A DNA stretch of 54,616 nucleotides from a virus. Taxonomy: Duplodnaviria > Caudoviricetes. Positions 19,738 through 26,968 of the stretch are shown in pieces. The stretch lies in the IMG/VR virus record IMGVR_UViG_3300027734_000091, positions 1 through 54,616 of that record, one strand, 5' to 3'. The translations under genes were made by a program, and so were the position numbers. Under the pieces are notes generated by a model. That model ran no database searches, was not told the origin of the DNA, and saw only the letters and a program-made list of their open reading frames with translations. Position 1 is the first letter of the stretch. Each line of letters starts with the position of its first letter.

Positions 19738-20081
19738 TTGAAATCACACTACCTTGGCCTCCCTCGGTCAACACATACTGGCGTAACTTTGACGGTCGCA
19801 TGATTATCAGCGCAAGAGGTCGCGAGTACCGTGAAACTGTTGGTGACCAGATGACATTGCAAAAGATGGTGAAGCACTTCAAGGGTCAACTTAAGGTTGA
19901 GATTGAAGCATTCAGACCAGACAAACGACGCAGGGATTTGGATAACCTGCTCAAAGCTACGCTGGATGGACTAGCCCATGCTGGCGTGTACGAGGATGAT
20001 TCACAGATTGTTGACCTGCGCATTTACTGGGCAAAAGACATCGGTGGAATGTTGAAGATAAAAATTGAGGAACTCGAATGA
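19728..20081 (+). CDS. rusA: Holliday junction resolvase RusA
   Basis: LPWPPSVNTYWR, PDKRRRDLDNLLKATLDGL and DDSQI motifs. Confidence 0.92.
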   Translation: MEMIEITLPWPPSVNTYWRNFDGRMIISARGREYRETVGDQMTLQKMVKHFKGQLKVEIEAFRPDKRRRDLDNLLKATLDGLAHAGVYEDDSQIVDLRIYWAKDIGGMLKIKIEELE

Positions 20082-20236
20082 AACAAGAACCAAAACTAAT
20101 CGACATCTTTGCGATGTTGGCTTTACACGCAATTTTGCGCAATGCCGATGAAGACGCGCTTCCTCAAAATATTGCTCGTGCATCGTATGACTTTGCAGAA
20201 GCAATGATGGAGGAGAGGGAGGAGCGCAATGTCTGA
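20078..20236 (+). CDS. Hypothetical protein, 52 aa
   Basis: DIFAMLAL...ASYDFAEAMM pattern seen in small phage proteins; ATGA coupling. Confidence 0.55.
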   Translation: MKQEPKLIDIFAMLALHAILRNADEDALPQNIARASYDFAEAMMEEREERNV

Positions 20237-20345
20237 ACTTTGGAACATCATGTTGTTGGTGTTTACATTGACTGGCGCACTGTGTTGGCTATGCATGGCG
20301 GTGCTGTTAGTTTGTATTTTTTTTAGCGACAAAAGGAGCGAATGA
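20229..20345 (+). CDS. Small membrane peptide, 38 aa
   Basis: Single hydrophobic helix; GGAG RBS; overlaps both neighbours. Confidence 0.45.
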   Translation: MSELWNIMLLVFTLTGALCWLCMAVLLVCIFFSDKRSE

Positions 20346-20677
20346 TGAGCGAAGAGAGAGACCCACATAAGGCTGTTGATTACATCTTGAAACACGCCGC
20401 GCTGTTTGCCAAAGCAAAGGCAGAGCGTACCTACATCGAGCATTATCGAAAGAGTCTTAAAGCCTTGTTGATGAAGCGCAGTGGCGAGTCAATGATTGGT
20501 GCGCAGGAGCGCGAAGCCTATGCGCACTCAGAGATGATTGCACTGCTGGATGGATTAAAAGAGGCTGTGGCTATCGAGGAACGCCTCAAGTGGGACATCA
20601 CAGCCGCGACATTACGCGTGGAAATATGGCGAACAGAGCAAGCGAATAACAGAGCAGAAGGGAAGGCAACATTATGA
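20342..20677 (+). CDS. Hypothetical helical protein
   Basis: 111 aa; AGGAG RBS; AQEREAYAH and EIWRTEQAN motifs. Confidence 0.6.
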   Translation: MMSEERDPHKAVDYILKHAALFAKAKAERTYIEHYRKSLKALLMKRSGESMIGAQEREAYAHSEMIALLDGLKEAVAIEERLKWDITAATLRVEIWRTEQANNRAEGKATL

Positions 20678-20883
20678 GAACAGAAGAAGACGAAGCATTC
20701 GAGGAATTAGAGCAATCACTTGGATGGCGTAAGCGCCAGATTGTCCAGCGTCAACTGAGTGCTGAAGAAAACATGGCACGCAATGAGGTACTTGAAGAGA
20801 TAGCCACGGTGTTTGACAAGATGAAAAACGGTGGAGATACGGTTGCCTCTTTTGCGTCCTACGTCAGGGGGATGAAGCAATGA
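20674..20883 (+). CDS. Hypothetical protein
   Basis: ATGA coupling; RNEVLEE motif. Confidence 0.55.
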   Translation: MRTEEDEAFEELEQSLGWRKRQIVQRQLSAEENMARNEVLEEIATVFDKMKNGGDTVASFASYVRGMKQ

Positions 20884-21026
20884 CCGATAAAGCAAAGACC
20901 TGTCAGGTGTGCCGCCTGCGACCAGCAGACAAACAGGTGAAAACCAGCAAAGGCGCTCCGCAATGGCGGTGTCAGACCTGCCATGACCTAAAAAACCGTG
21001 CAGGATTTACAAAGGGGAAGCAATGA
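20880..21026 (+). CDS. Small zinc-ribbon protein, 48 aa
   Basis: CQVC...WRCQTC; ATGA coupling at both ends. Confidence 0.55.
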   Translation: MTDKAKTCQVCRLRPADKQVKTSKGAPQWRCQTCHDLKNRAGFTKGKQ

Positions 21027-21175
21027 AAGATGACGACGACATTCAAGAATATGTTAGACCTTGGAAGGGGTTAACAGAGGATGAGGTGTTTGCACTCAGC
21101 AACACAATGCCGTATGCAGATCGTTTTGAATTTGCCAAAGCCATTGAAGCTAAGCTGAAGGAGAAAAATTCTTGA
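21023..21175 (+). CDS. Hypothetical protein, 50 aa
   Basis: RPWKGLTEDE...FAKAIEAKLKEKN motif; coupled to both neighbours. Confidence 0.6.
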   Translation: MKDDDDIQEYVRPWKGLTEDEVFALSNTMPYADRFEFAKAIEAKLKEKNS

Positions 21176-21471
21176 CCACGTTGAAAGAAAAAAAGCATAT
21201 GAACGCCGTGGCTGAATTAGGTTGTGCTGTATGCCGTCGCATGGGGTATGCAGGCACCCCAGCAGAACTACACCATCCAAGGCGATTGGCGGGGGGCTGG
21301 GGACGTTCTAGCCACATGAGTGTCATACCACTATGCCCAGAGCACCACAGAGGCGCTACGGGCTTGCACGGGCTTGGCACAAAGGGTTTCCCTAAGCACT
21401 GGGGCTACGACGAGGCAGACCTGCTCAAAGATACCCTCCAATTGCTAGGTGTTGCAGAAGAACAACATTAG
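21172..21471 (+). CDS. Ref-family (RecA-dependent, HNH-like) nuclease
   Basis: GCAVC, ELHH, IPLCPEHHRG, GLHG.G.K.F motifs. Confidence 0.75.
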   Translation: MTTLKEKKHMNAVAELGCAVCRRMGYAGTPAELHHPRRLAGGWGRSSHMSVIPLCPEHHRGATGLHGLGTKGFPKHWGYDEADLLKDTLQLLGVAEEQH

Positions 21472-21578
21472 GGTATGTCCTAATAAAATAATTGTTGACC
21501 ATGTTTAATTTGGAGTTACACTTCATCCATCGACACAGCAATAACGCATAGTCGATACAGCGAATAGGAAACAGCGAA
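21468..21578 (+). promoter_or_regulatory. Early promoter/leader cassette 1
   Basis: TAGGGTATGTCCTA box, AT tract, TTGACC-16-TACACT, atcgac/gtcgat hairpin, ACAGCGAA x2 flanking the SD. Confidence 0.7.
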
Positions 21579-21863
21579 ATGAAAAACGATCTCAACACAA
21601 ACAGCATCGACACACTGGGCGCTTTGCTTGCTCAGATCAAAGACCTGACAGATCAGGCAGATGCCATCAAAGACAGCATCAAAGAATCCGCCAGCGCAGG
21701 CGGTGCAAAGGTTGTCGAAGGTGCCTTGTTCAAAGCCACTTACGTCGAAGCAAACCGCACAGTGTTTGACAAAGACGCATTCATCAAAGAGTTTGGCGCT
21801 GACGCATACGCCAAGTACACCAAGACCACAGCAGTGTTCTCTGTCAAGGTCACATCACGTTAA
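21579..21863 (+). CDS. Hypothetical early protein
   Basis: 94 aa directly after the leader cassette. Confidence 0.7.
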   Translation: MKNDLNTNSIDTLGALLAQIKDLTDQADAIKDSIKESASAGGAKVVEGALFKATYVEANRTVFDKDAFIKEFGADAYAKYTKTTAVFSVKVTSR

Positions 21864-21870
21864 TCAACCC

Positions 21871-21905
21871 GCCCCTTCGGGGGCATAACAGCGAAGGAAA
21901 GAGAA
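21871..21905 (+). promoter_or_regulatory. UUCG hairpin plus ACAGCGAA leader
   Basis: gcccc-ttcg-ggggc, then ACAGCGAA at 21888 and an AGGA SD. Confidence 0.55.
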
Positions 21906-22106
21906 ATGATCGGAAGCCCAGAAATCTTGCACAGAAACAAAGCGCCTCGCAAAGCAGGCACGGGTACTGTGAAAATTGTAAATGTCCCACTGCTTGGCGG
22001 TTGGTACATTGTTCGCGGAAAACATCACACACCAATCAGTGGTCGTTTTGATAGTCGTGCAGATGCCGCAAATCATTTGTCTGCAAAGAATAAGGTGACA
22101 GCATGA
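21906..22106 (+). CDS. Hypothetical protein
   Basis: 66 aa with RBS. Confidence 0.6.
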   Translation: MIGSPEILHRNKAPRKAGTGTVKIVNVPLLGGWYIVRGKHHTPISGRFDSRADAANHLSAKNKVTA

Positions 22107-22309
22107 AAAAAGACCCATCAATTTATTTAAGTTACAGCGAGCGCGGCTGGATTTTGATCAATCAAGGTTCACCATTGTGCGACTACAAAAAGACCAAAGC
22201 AGAGGTCATGGAGGTGGTGAAGTTTTTCAAGATCACATTGCCAGACTGCACTTGGAACGGTGATCGCGGTGAGTTTGTTGTTACAGACACCATCGAGGAA
22301 ACAACGTGA
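22103..22309 (+). CDS. Hypothetical protein
   Basis: 68 aa; ATGA coupling. Confidence 0.6.
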   Translation: MKKDPSIYLSYSERGWILINQGSPLCDYKKTKAEVMEVVKFFKITLPDCTWNGDRGEFVVTDTIEETT

Positions 22310-22605
22310 CCATATCATTTGAACAGCGTAAAAGGGACTTCTGGGACTGGCACAAGGCTAACCCAAAGGTGTGGGAATACTTTGAAAGATTTTCTCTTGA
22401 GGTGGTGCGCACTGGACGCAAGAAGGTTAGCCACTGGCTGATCATCAATCGCATACGGTGGGAGGTCTACCTTGAGACCACAGGGGAAGACTTCAAGATC
22501 AGCAACGACTACATCGCGTTTTATGCGAGGCTTTGGATAGCACGTCACCCAGAGCACAAAGACTTATTCACAATCAAGAGAATGATAGGGGAACCAAATG
22601 AGTGA
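22306..22605 (+). CDS. Hypothetical phage protein
   Basis: WHKANPKVWEYFERF, IINRIRWE and FKISNDYIAFYARL motifs. Confidence 0.65.
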   Translation: MTISFEQRKRDFWDWHKANPKVWEYFERFSLEVVRTGRKKVSHWLIINRIRWEVYLETTGEDFKISNDYIAFYARLWIARHPEHKDLFTIKRMIGEPNE

Positions 22606-22759
22606 AACAGTAATGAGCGAATACATCCGAGGCTTTGATCACGGGTGCGACTACATCGTGACCGAGATAGAACGATACATCAAAGAGTGCAACAGCCATG
22701 ATGCACTGGTGCTAGTTGACTTGGTTAAGCGACTCAAGATGGAAGACAAACCAAAATGA
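22598..22759 (+). CDS. Hypothetical protein, 53 aa
   Basis: Read manually; its stop overlaps the MTase ATG (ATGA). Confidence 0.5.
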   Translation: MSETVMSEYIRGFDHGCDYIVTEIERYIKECNSHDALVLVDLVKRLKMEDKPK

Positions 22760-23781
22760 AATTCATTGAATTGTTTGCAGGCATTGGTGGGTTCCGCCTT
22801 GGATTAGAGAAGGCGGGTCACGAGTGCGTGTGGGCTAACGAATTTGTACAAAAGGCGGCAAGTATTTATGAACACAACTTTAAACACAAACCAGACACTA
22901 GAGACATTAGAACTGTTCGACCAGACGAAATCCCAGATGCAGAACTTCTATGCGGAGGATTCCCGTGCGCGACTTTCAGCGTTGCTGGAAAGCGATCTGG
23001 ATTCTCGACAGAAGATACTCGCGGTACTCTCTTTTTTGAAATCTGTCGCATTCTCAGAGACAAGCGAATACCTTATGTTTTCCTTGAAAACGTCAAAGGA
23101 CTTCTCAACCACGATGGGGGAAGAACCTTTGCTGTCATCATCTCAAGTCTTGATGAACTGGGGTACGACGTTCAATGGGAAGTTGTTAACAGCCAAAATT
23201 TCGGAGTCCCGCAAAATCGAGAACGGGTATTCATTGTCGGACATCTTAGAGGACAACCCCGACCCCAAATATTTCCTCTCGGATTCTGCGTTTCAGAAAA
23301 TGTTCTCGAAAAAGAAAAAGGAACGCAAGGAGAAATTCGAGGATGCGAATCCGAATCAGGACGACCTGTTCTCATGCCTTTTGTAACAGGCAAAGTGATG
23401 CAATTCAAAGACGTGTTCCCAACACTTGATGGTCACTACTGGAAGGGAATACAAAACAATCAAGGTCGCGGTGCTGTGATGCAGGTGCGACCAGTTTTAA
23501 CGCCTCACCGTGATAGCAAACGTCAGAACGGTCGTCGCGTTAAAGATCACAATGAGTCAGCGTTTACGTTGACTGCTCAGGACAGACATGGAGTTATTGT
23601 TGGTGAGCGCCTGCGCAGACTCACGCCACTTGAATGCGAGCGTTTGCAGGGGCTACCAGATAACTTCACAAAGTTCTATGAGGACGGCACGCAAGTAAGC
23701 GATGCAGAGCGTTATGAGCGATGCGGTCGCACTGTCACCATTCCCGTTATTTACGAAATTGCAAAGAGGTTCCCATTATGA
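22756..23781 (+). CDS. C5-cytosine DNA methyltransferase-fold enzyme, predicted carboxymethyltransferase
   Basis: Motif I ELFAGIGG, IV GFPCATFS (C71,A72), VI ENVKG, VIII QNRERVF, IX RRLTPLECERLQG, X CGRTV (R325). Confidence 0.9.
   Translation: MKFIELFAGIGGFRLGLEKAGHECVWANEFVQKAASIYEHNFKHKPDTRDIRTVRPDEIPDAELLCGGFPCATFSVAGKRSGFSTEDTRGTLFFEICRILRDKRIPYVFLENVKGLLNHDGGRTFAVIISSLDELGYDVQWEVVNSQNFGVPQNRERVFIVGHLRGQPRPQIFPLGFCVSENVLEKEKGTQGEIRGCESESGRPVLMPFVTGKVMQFKDVFPTLDGHYWKGIQNNQGRGAVMQVRPVLTPHRDSKRQNGRRVKDHNESAFTLTAQDRHGVIVGERLRRLTPLECERLQGLPDNFTKFYEDGTQVSDAERYERCGRTVTIPVIYEIAKRFPL
22868..23386 (+). CDS. Overprinted +1-frame ORF inside the MTase (EcoHK31I-beta-like arrangement)
   Basis: Long open alternate frame containing SLKTS, WG..NG and SLSDILEDNPDPKYFLS; start uncertain. 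Confidence 0.5.
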   Translation: MNTTLNTNQTLETLELFDQTKSQMQNFYAEDSRARLSALLESDLDSRQKILAVLSFLKSVAFSETSEYLMFSLKTSKDFSTTMGEEPLLSSSQVLMNWGTTFNGKLLTAKISESRKIENGYSLSDILEDNPDPKYFLSDSAFQKMFSKKKKERKEKFEDANPNQDDLFSCLL

Positions 23782-24452
23782 ATTCTTGGACATTTGAATC
23801 AAAAGAAATTGCAGAGACATTTGACTCTCATGTGCGCGAACAGTTACCGTGGTACGACATGGTCACCGATGCGGTGGTTTACATTGCAAGTAACTACATG
23901 ACAAAGGGTTGCGTTATCACTGAGGTTGGATCATCAACAGGCAACATGACAAAGGCGCTGTTGCCAATTTTCAATGAGCGCGATGGGGTTAGTTATCAAG
24001 CCATCGAAATAAGCGAAGAAATGTGTGAGGTGTTTAATAAAAATATTCAACACCCGTTGGTTACTTGTATGCAAGCTAACATCTTAGACTTTTCAGACGC
24101 CAACATGGATGACGTTGATACAAGCCATGTCACCATTTTGTTTTTGACTTTAATGTTTATTCCCGTTAACGAGCGCGAAAAGTTAATGAAGATGTTGATA
24201 AAAAATTCATACAAAGGTGGATGCATTATTGTGGTGGACAAGGTGCTAGATCACGGCGGGTACTTTGCGACCGTCCTGAAGCGCCTTACCATGCATTTCA
24301 AGCTACAGCAGGGCGCCAAGCCAGAGGACGTGCTCAACAAAGAGATGAGCCTAGCAGGGGTGCAGATACCTATCGACCCAGCCATTCTGGGAGAGAACGC
24401 CAAACCGTTTTTTCGCATGGGTGAGTTTGCAGGGTGGGTAATTGAGACTTAG
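23778..24452 (+). CDS. cmoA: CmoA-like carboxy-SAM synthase homolog (class I SAM fold)
   Basis: WTF...FDSHVREQLPWY, EVGSSTG, LTLMFIP..R, GGCIIVVDK, FK.QQG....V.NK..SL.GV and FFRMGEF are collinear with E. coli CmoA as recalled; ATG at 23778 overlaps the MTase stop. Confidence 0.75.
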   Translation: MNSWTFESKEIAETFDSHVREQLPWYDMVTDAVVYIASNYMTKGCVITEVGSSTGNMTKALLPIFNERDGVSYQAIEISEEMCEVFNKNIQHPLVTCMQANILDFSDANMDDVDTSHVTILFLTLMFIPVNEREKLMKMLIKNSYKGGCIIVVDKVLDHGGYFATVLKRLTMHFKLQQGAKPEDVLNKEMSLAGVQIPIDPAILGENAKPFFRMGEFAGWVIET

Positions 24453-24560
24453 GGAAAATACTTAGAAAATATTTTTAAATAGTTGTTGACTCGTTTAATT
24501 TGGGGTTACAATAACTACACTGCAACATCGCAGTGACAGCGAAACAAAGGACAGCGAATC
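24449..24560 (+). promoter_or_regulatory. Early promoter/leader cassette 2
   Basis: TAGGGAAAATACTTA, TTGACT..GTTTAA..TACAAT, cactgc/gcagtg hairpin, ACAGCGAA x2. Confidence 0.7.
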
Positions 24561-25343
24561 ATGGAAAAAGCAAACTTCTCCCAACTCTTGAACGATGCCA
24601 TCAATCAGCCCGGTATCATCAGCAAGTGCTATAGCACCTTCCACGGCTACAGCCTTGGCAACCAACTCTTGGCATACAGCCAGTGCGTGGCACGCGACAT
24701 TCCCCTTGGCCCTATCGCCACATTCAAAAAGTGGAAAGACCTCGGTCGCTCTGTGAGTAAGGGTCAAAAAGCTATCGCCTTGGTAATGCCCGTCACCATC
24801 AGCAAAAAAGATGATGCAGGCGAAAAGACAGGCGAAGTGTTCTCATTGTTCACCCTGCGCAACAACTGGTTTGTGCTCGGTCAGACTGAAGGCGACGACT
24901 ACGCCGCTGAGGTGGTGATCCCAACATGGGACAAGGTCAAGGCTTTGGAAACCCTCAGCATCACAGAGGTGCCATTCAGCCACACTGATGGCAACTGCCA
25001 AGGCTACGCCTATGCGACCAGCATTGCTGTCAACCCAGTGGCTGTATTGCCCCACAAAACCCGTTTCCATGAGATCGCTCACGTCGTGCTCGGTCACACA
25101 AAGGAAGGTCAACTGTCAGACAGCGAAGCAACGCCCCGTGACGTGCGCGAAGTCGAGGCTGAGGGTGTTGCCTACATCCTGTGCTCTTTGCTCGGTCTGG
25201 AGGGCTTACACGAGTCTCGTGGCTATATCCAGAACTGGTTGCAGGGTGCAGAGGTAACCGACAAGACAGCCCAGCGCATTTTCAGCGCCGCCAACAAGAT
25301 TTTGGAGGCTGGACAGGATAAGGGTAAGTCCTTAGAAAAATAA
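24561..25343 (+). CDS. ArdC-like antirestriction protein (ssDNA-binding domain plus zincin metallopeptidase domain)
   Basis: YSLGNQLL, ATFKKWKDLGRSVSKGQKA, HEIAH (HExxH), EVEAEGVAY, SRGYIQNW. Confidence 0.8.
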   Translation: MEKANFSQLLNDAINQPGIISKCYSTFHGYSLGNQLLAYSQCVARDIPLGPIATFKKWKDLGRSVSKGQKAIALVMPVTISKKDDAGEKTGEVFSLFTLRNNWFVLGQTEGDDYAAEVVIPTWDKVKALETLSITEVPFSHTDGNCQGYAYATSIAVNPVAVLPHKTRFHEIAHVVLGHTKEGQLSDSEATPRDVREVEAEGVAYILCSLLGLEGLHESRGYIQNWLQGAEVTDKTAQRIFSAANKILEAGQDKGKSLEK

Positions 25344-25439
25344 TTAGCAGAGGGGGTTGACGCCCCCTTTGTTTAACGTACAATTACACACATACACCGA
25401 ACGGTTCAGTGTAAAACAGCGAAATGAAAGTGAATCCAA
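25319..25439 (+). promoter_or_regulatory. Early promoter/leader cassette 3 (the -35 lies in a terminator-like hairpin)
   Basis: TAAGGGTAAGTCCTTA; agggggt-tgac-gccccct; TTGACG-16-TACAAT; ttacac/gtgtaa hairpin; ACAGCGAA. Confidence 0.7.
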
Positions 25440-26255
25440 ATGACACATCCTTTTGAAAAAGCAGGCTTAGGTAAGGCTCCCTTCTCATGCACAGGCGTGA
25501 GCGAGAATGTCTGGGACAACGGCGACGGCACCACCAAGGGCGGCGGTGTCTGCGACTACTGCGGTACTGGCATTCGCTGGGAGTTCTGGATCAAGGGTTC
25601 TGTTGCTGGTGCCAAGCAGTTCAAGGTCGGTTGCGATTGCGTCGCCAAGACTGGCTGGGGGATTGATCGCTTTTTGGAAGTCCGCGCAGAGCACACACGC
25701 GCACGTCGTCAGGCTGGTGCTACAAAGCGCCGTGAGTCACGTCAGGCACGCATTGAGGCAGAACGCGCTCAGAGAGCCGCCGAGCGCCTTGTGGCTGGTC
25801 AAGCATGGCGCGACGCCAACAGCGCCTTGGTAGCCCGTTTAGAGGCTTATACGGGTGCCAATGAGTTCCTGCGCGGTTCAATCCAGAACTTGGCTTATTG
25901 GGGTAGCCTGTCAGCCCGTCAAGTAGAGGCAGTAGAGTCCTGCTTCGCGGTGATCGACCGTCAAGAGTTTGCTCGTGCTAACAGCCAGTTCATTGGCAAC
26001 GTGGGTGACAAGGTCACCGTGACAATCACCGTCGAGCGTATCGTGGTGATCAAGTCCGAGTTCTACGGTGACAACTACATCACCATCGCCCATGATGAGT
26101 CGGGCAACGTCTACACATACAAAGGCAAAACCAACATCGGTGCCAAGGGTGAGACCAACACAATCAAAGCCAGCATCAAGGCACACGTCGAGTACAAGGG
26201 CGTAAAACAGACAGCTATCCAGCGCCCAAAAGTGCTGGAAGAGGTGTTAGGGTAA
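25440..26255 (+). CDS. Hypothetical protein with N-terminal Zn-binding motif and C-terminal OB-fold-like domain
   Basis: CDYCG...VGCDC; FIGNVGDKV...HVEYKGVKQT.IQRP. Confidence 0.65.
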   Translation: MTHPFEKAGLGKAPFSCTGVSENVWDNGDGTTKGGGVCDYCGTGIRWEFWIKGSVAGAKQFKVGCDCVAKTGWGIDRFLEVRAEHTRARRQAGATKRRESRQARIEAERAQRAAERLVAGQAWRDANSALVARLEAYTGANEFLRGSIQNLAYWGSLSARQVEAVESCFAVIDRQEFARANSQFIGNVGDKVTVTITVERIVVIKSEFYGDNYITIAHDESGNVYTYKGKTNIGAKGETNTIKASIKAHVEYKGVKQTAIQRPKVLEEVLG

Positions 26256-26363
26256 GTCCTAATAAAATAATTTGATCGAAGGGGTTGACAGCCCTTTCGT
26301 TTAACATACAATTACACTTAAGCACCGAATATCTCGATGCTAAAACAGCGAAGGAACAGTGAA
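26247..26363 (+). promoter_or_regulatory. Early promoter/leader cassette 4
   Basis: TAGGGTAAGTCCTA; cgaaggggt-tgaca-gccctttcg; TTGACA-16-TACAAT; hairpin; ACAGCGAA and ACAGTGAA. Confidence 0.7.
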
Positions 26364-26645
26364 ATGACAAACGCAACAAACGCAACACAATACTCTTGGA
26401 AATACTTGGTCTGCTCAATTGCAGTAACAGACCTTGCAGACCTTGAAAGCAATGGCGCTATCCCTAGCGATTGGAAGTTTGCAATTAAAAACGGCAACAC
26501 TTTGTACGACGAGGTTGGATCGTCATGGCGCGAGAGGTCAGACAATACGGTTTATGTGTGCCACAAAGATGCACCAGAGTCTAAATATCGTTGGTTGCAC
26601 CCCGACACAATTGTGCAAATTTATAAAGTTTCAACACACGGTTGA
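26364..26645 (+). CDS. Hypothetical early protein
   Basis: ATG after the cassette 4 SD. Confidence 0.6.
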   Translation: MTNATNATQYSWKYLVCSIAVTDLADLESNGAIPSDWKFAIKNGNTLYDEVGSSWRERSDNTVYVCHKDAPESKYRWLHPDTIVQIYKVSTHG

Positions 26646-26703
26646 CACCTCTCCAATTGTTTATGCTACAATTAAACCATCAACAGCGAAAAGGAAAAGC
26701 GAA
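26642..26703 (+). promoter_or_regulatory. Early promoter/leader cassette 5 (reduced)
   Basis: TTGACA..TGcTACAAT, then ACAGCGAA-AAGGA-AAAGCGAA-ATG. Confidence 0.6.
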
Positions 26704-26964
26704 ATGAAAACTACAGACTTCCAACACAACTTCGACAACGTCGTATCTTTTGACGACGGCGATACCGTAGAGACCGTAACAGTGGCTTACGACTACCTCC
26801 CAGAGGTGGACGGTTACGCCGAGGTCTTTGACCTGTTTGTCTTTGATGCCACTGGTGCCGACATCACCTATGACATCCCACAGGCAGAGTACCAGCGCCT
26901 GCTGGAAGAGACCAAGATTGACCACCAGCGCTTGGTGGCTGAGTCCAACGAATATGTGGAGTAA
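26704..26964 (+). CDS. Acidic hypothetical early protein
   Basis: ATG after cassette 5; D/E-rich, 86 aa. Confidence 0.6.
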   Translation: MKTTDFQHNFDNVVSFDDGDTVETVTVAYDYLPEVDGYAEVFDLFVFDATGADITYDIPQAEYQRLLEETKIDHQRLVAESNEYVE

Positions 26965-26968
26965 TAGC

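Noticed and set aside
21871-21884. UUCG hairpin as an intrinsic terminator
   Set aside because: No U-tract follows; it fits the hairpin-ACAGCGAA leader pattern instead.
23721-23777. Upstream in-frame start for the cmoA-like gene
   Set aside because: CmoA similarity begins at M-N-S-W-T-F (23778), which is ATGA-coupled to the MTase stop.
21468-26703. Repeated intergenic boxes as a CRISPR array or integron attC sites
   Set aside because: The spacing is whole genes, the repeats contain promoter elements, and no cas or integrase gene is present.
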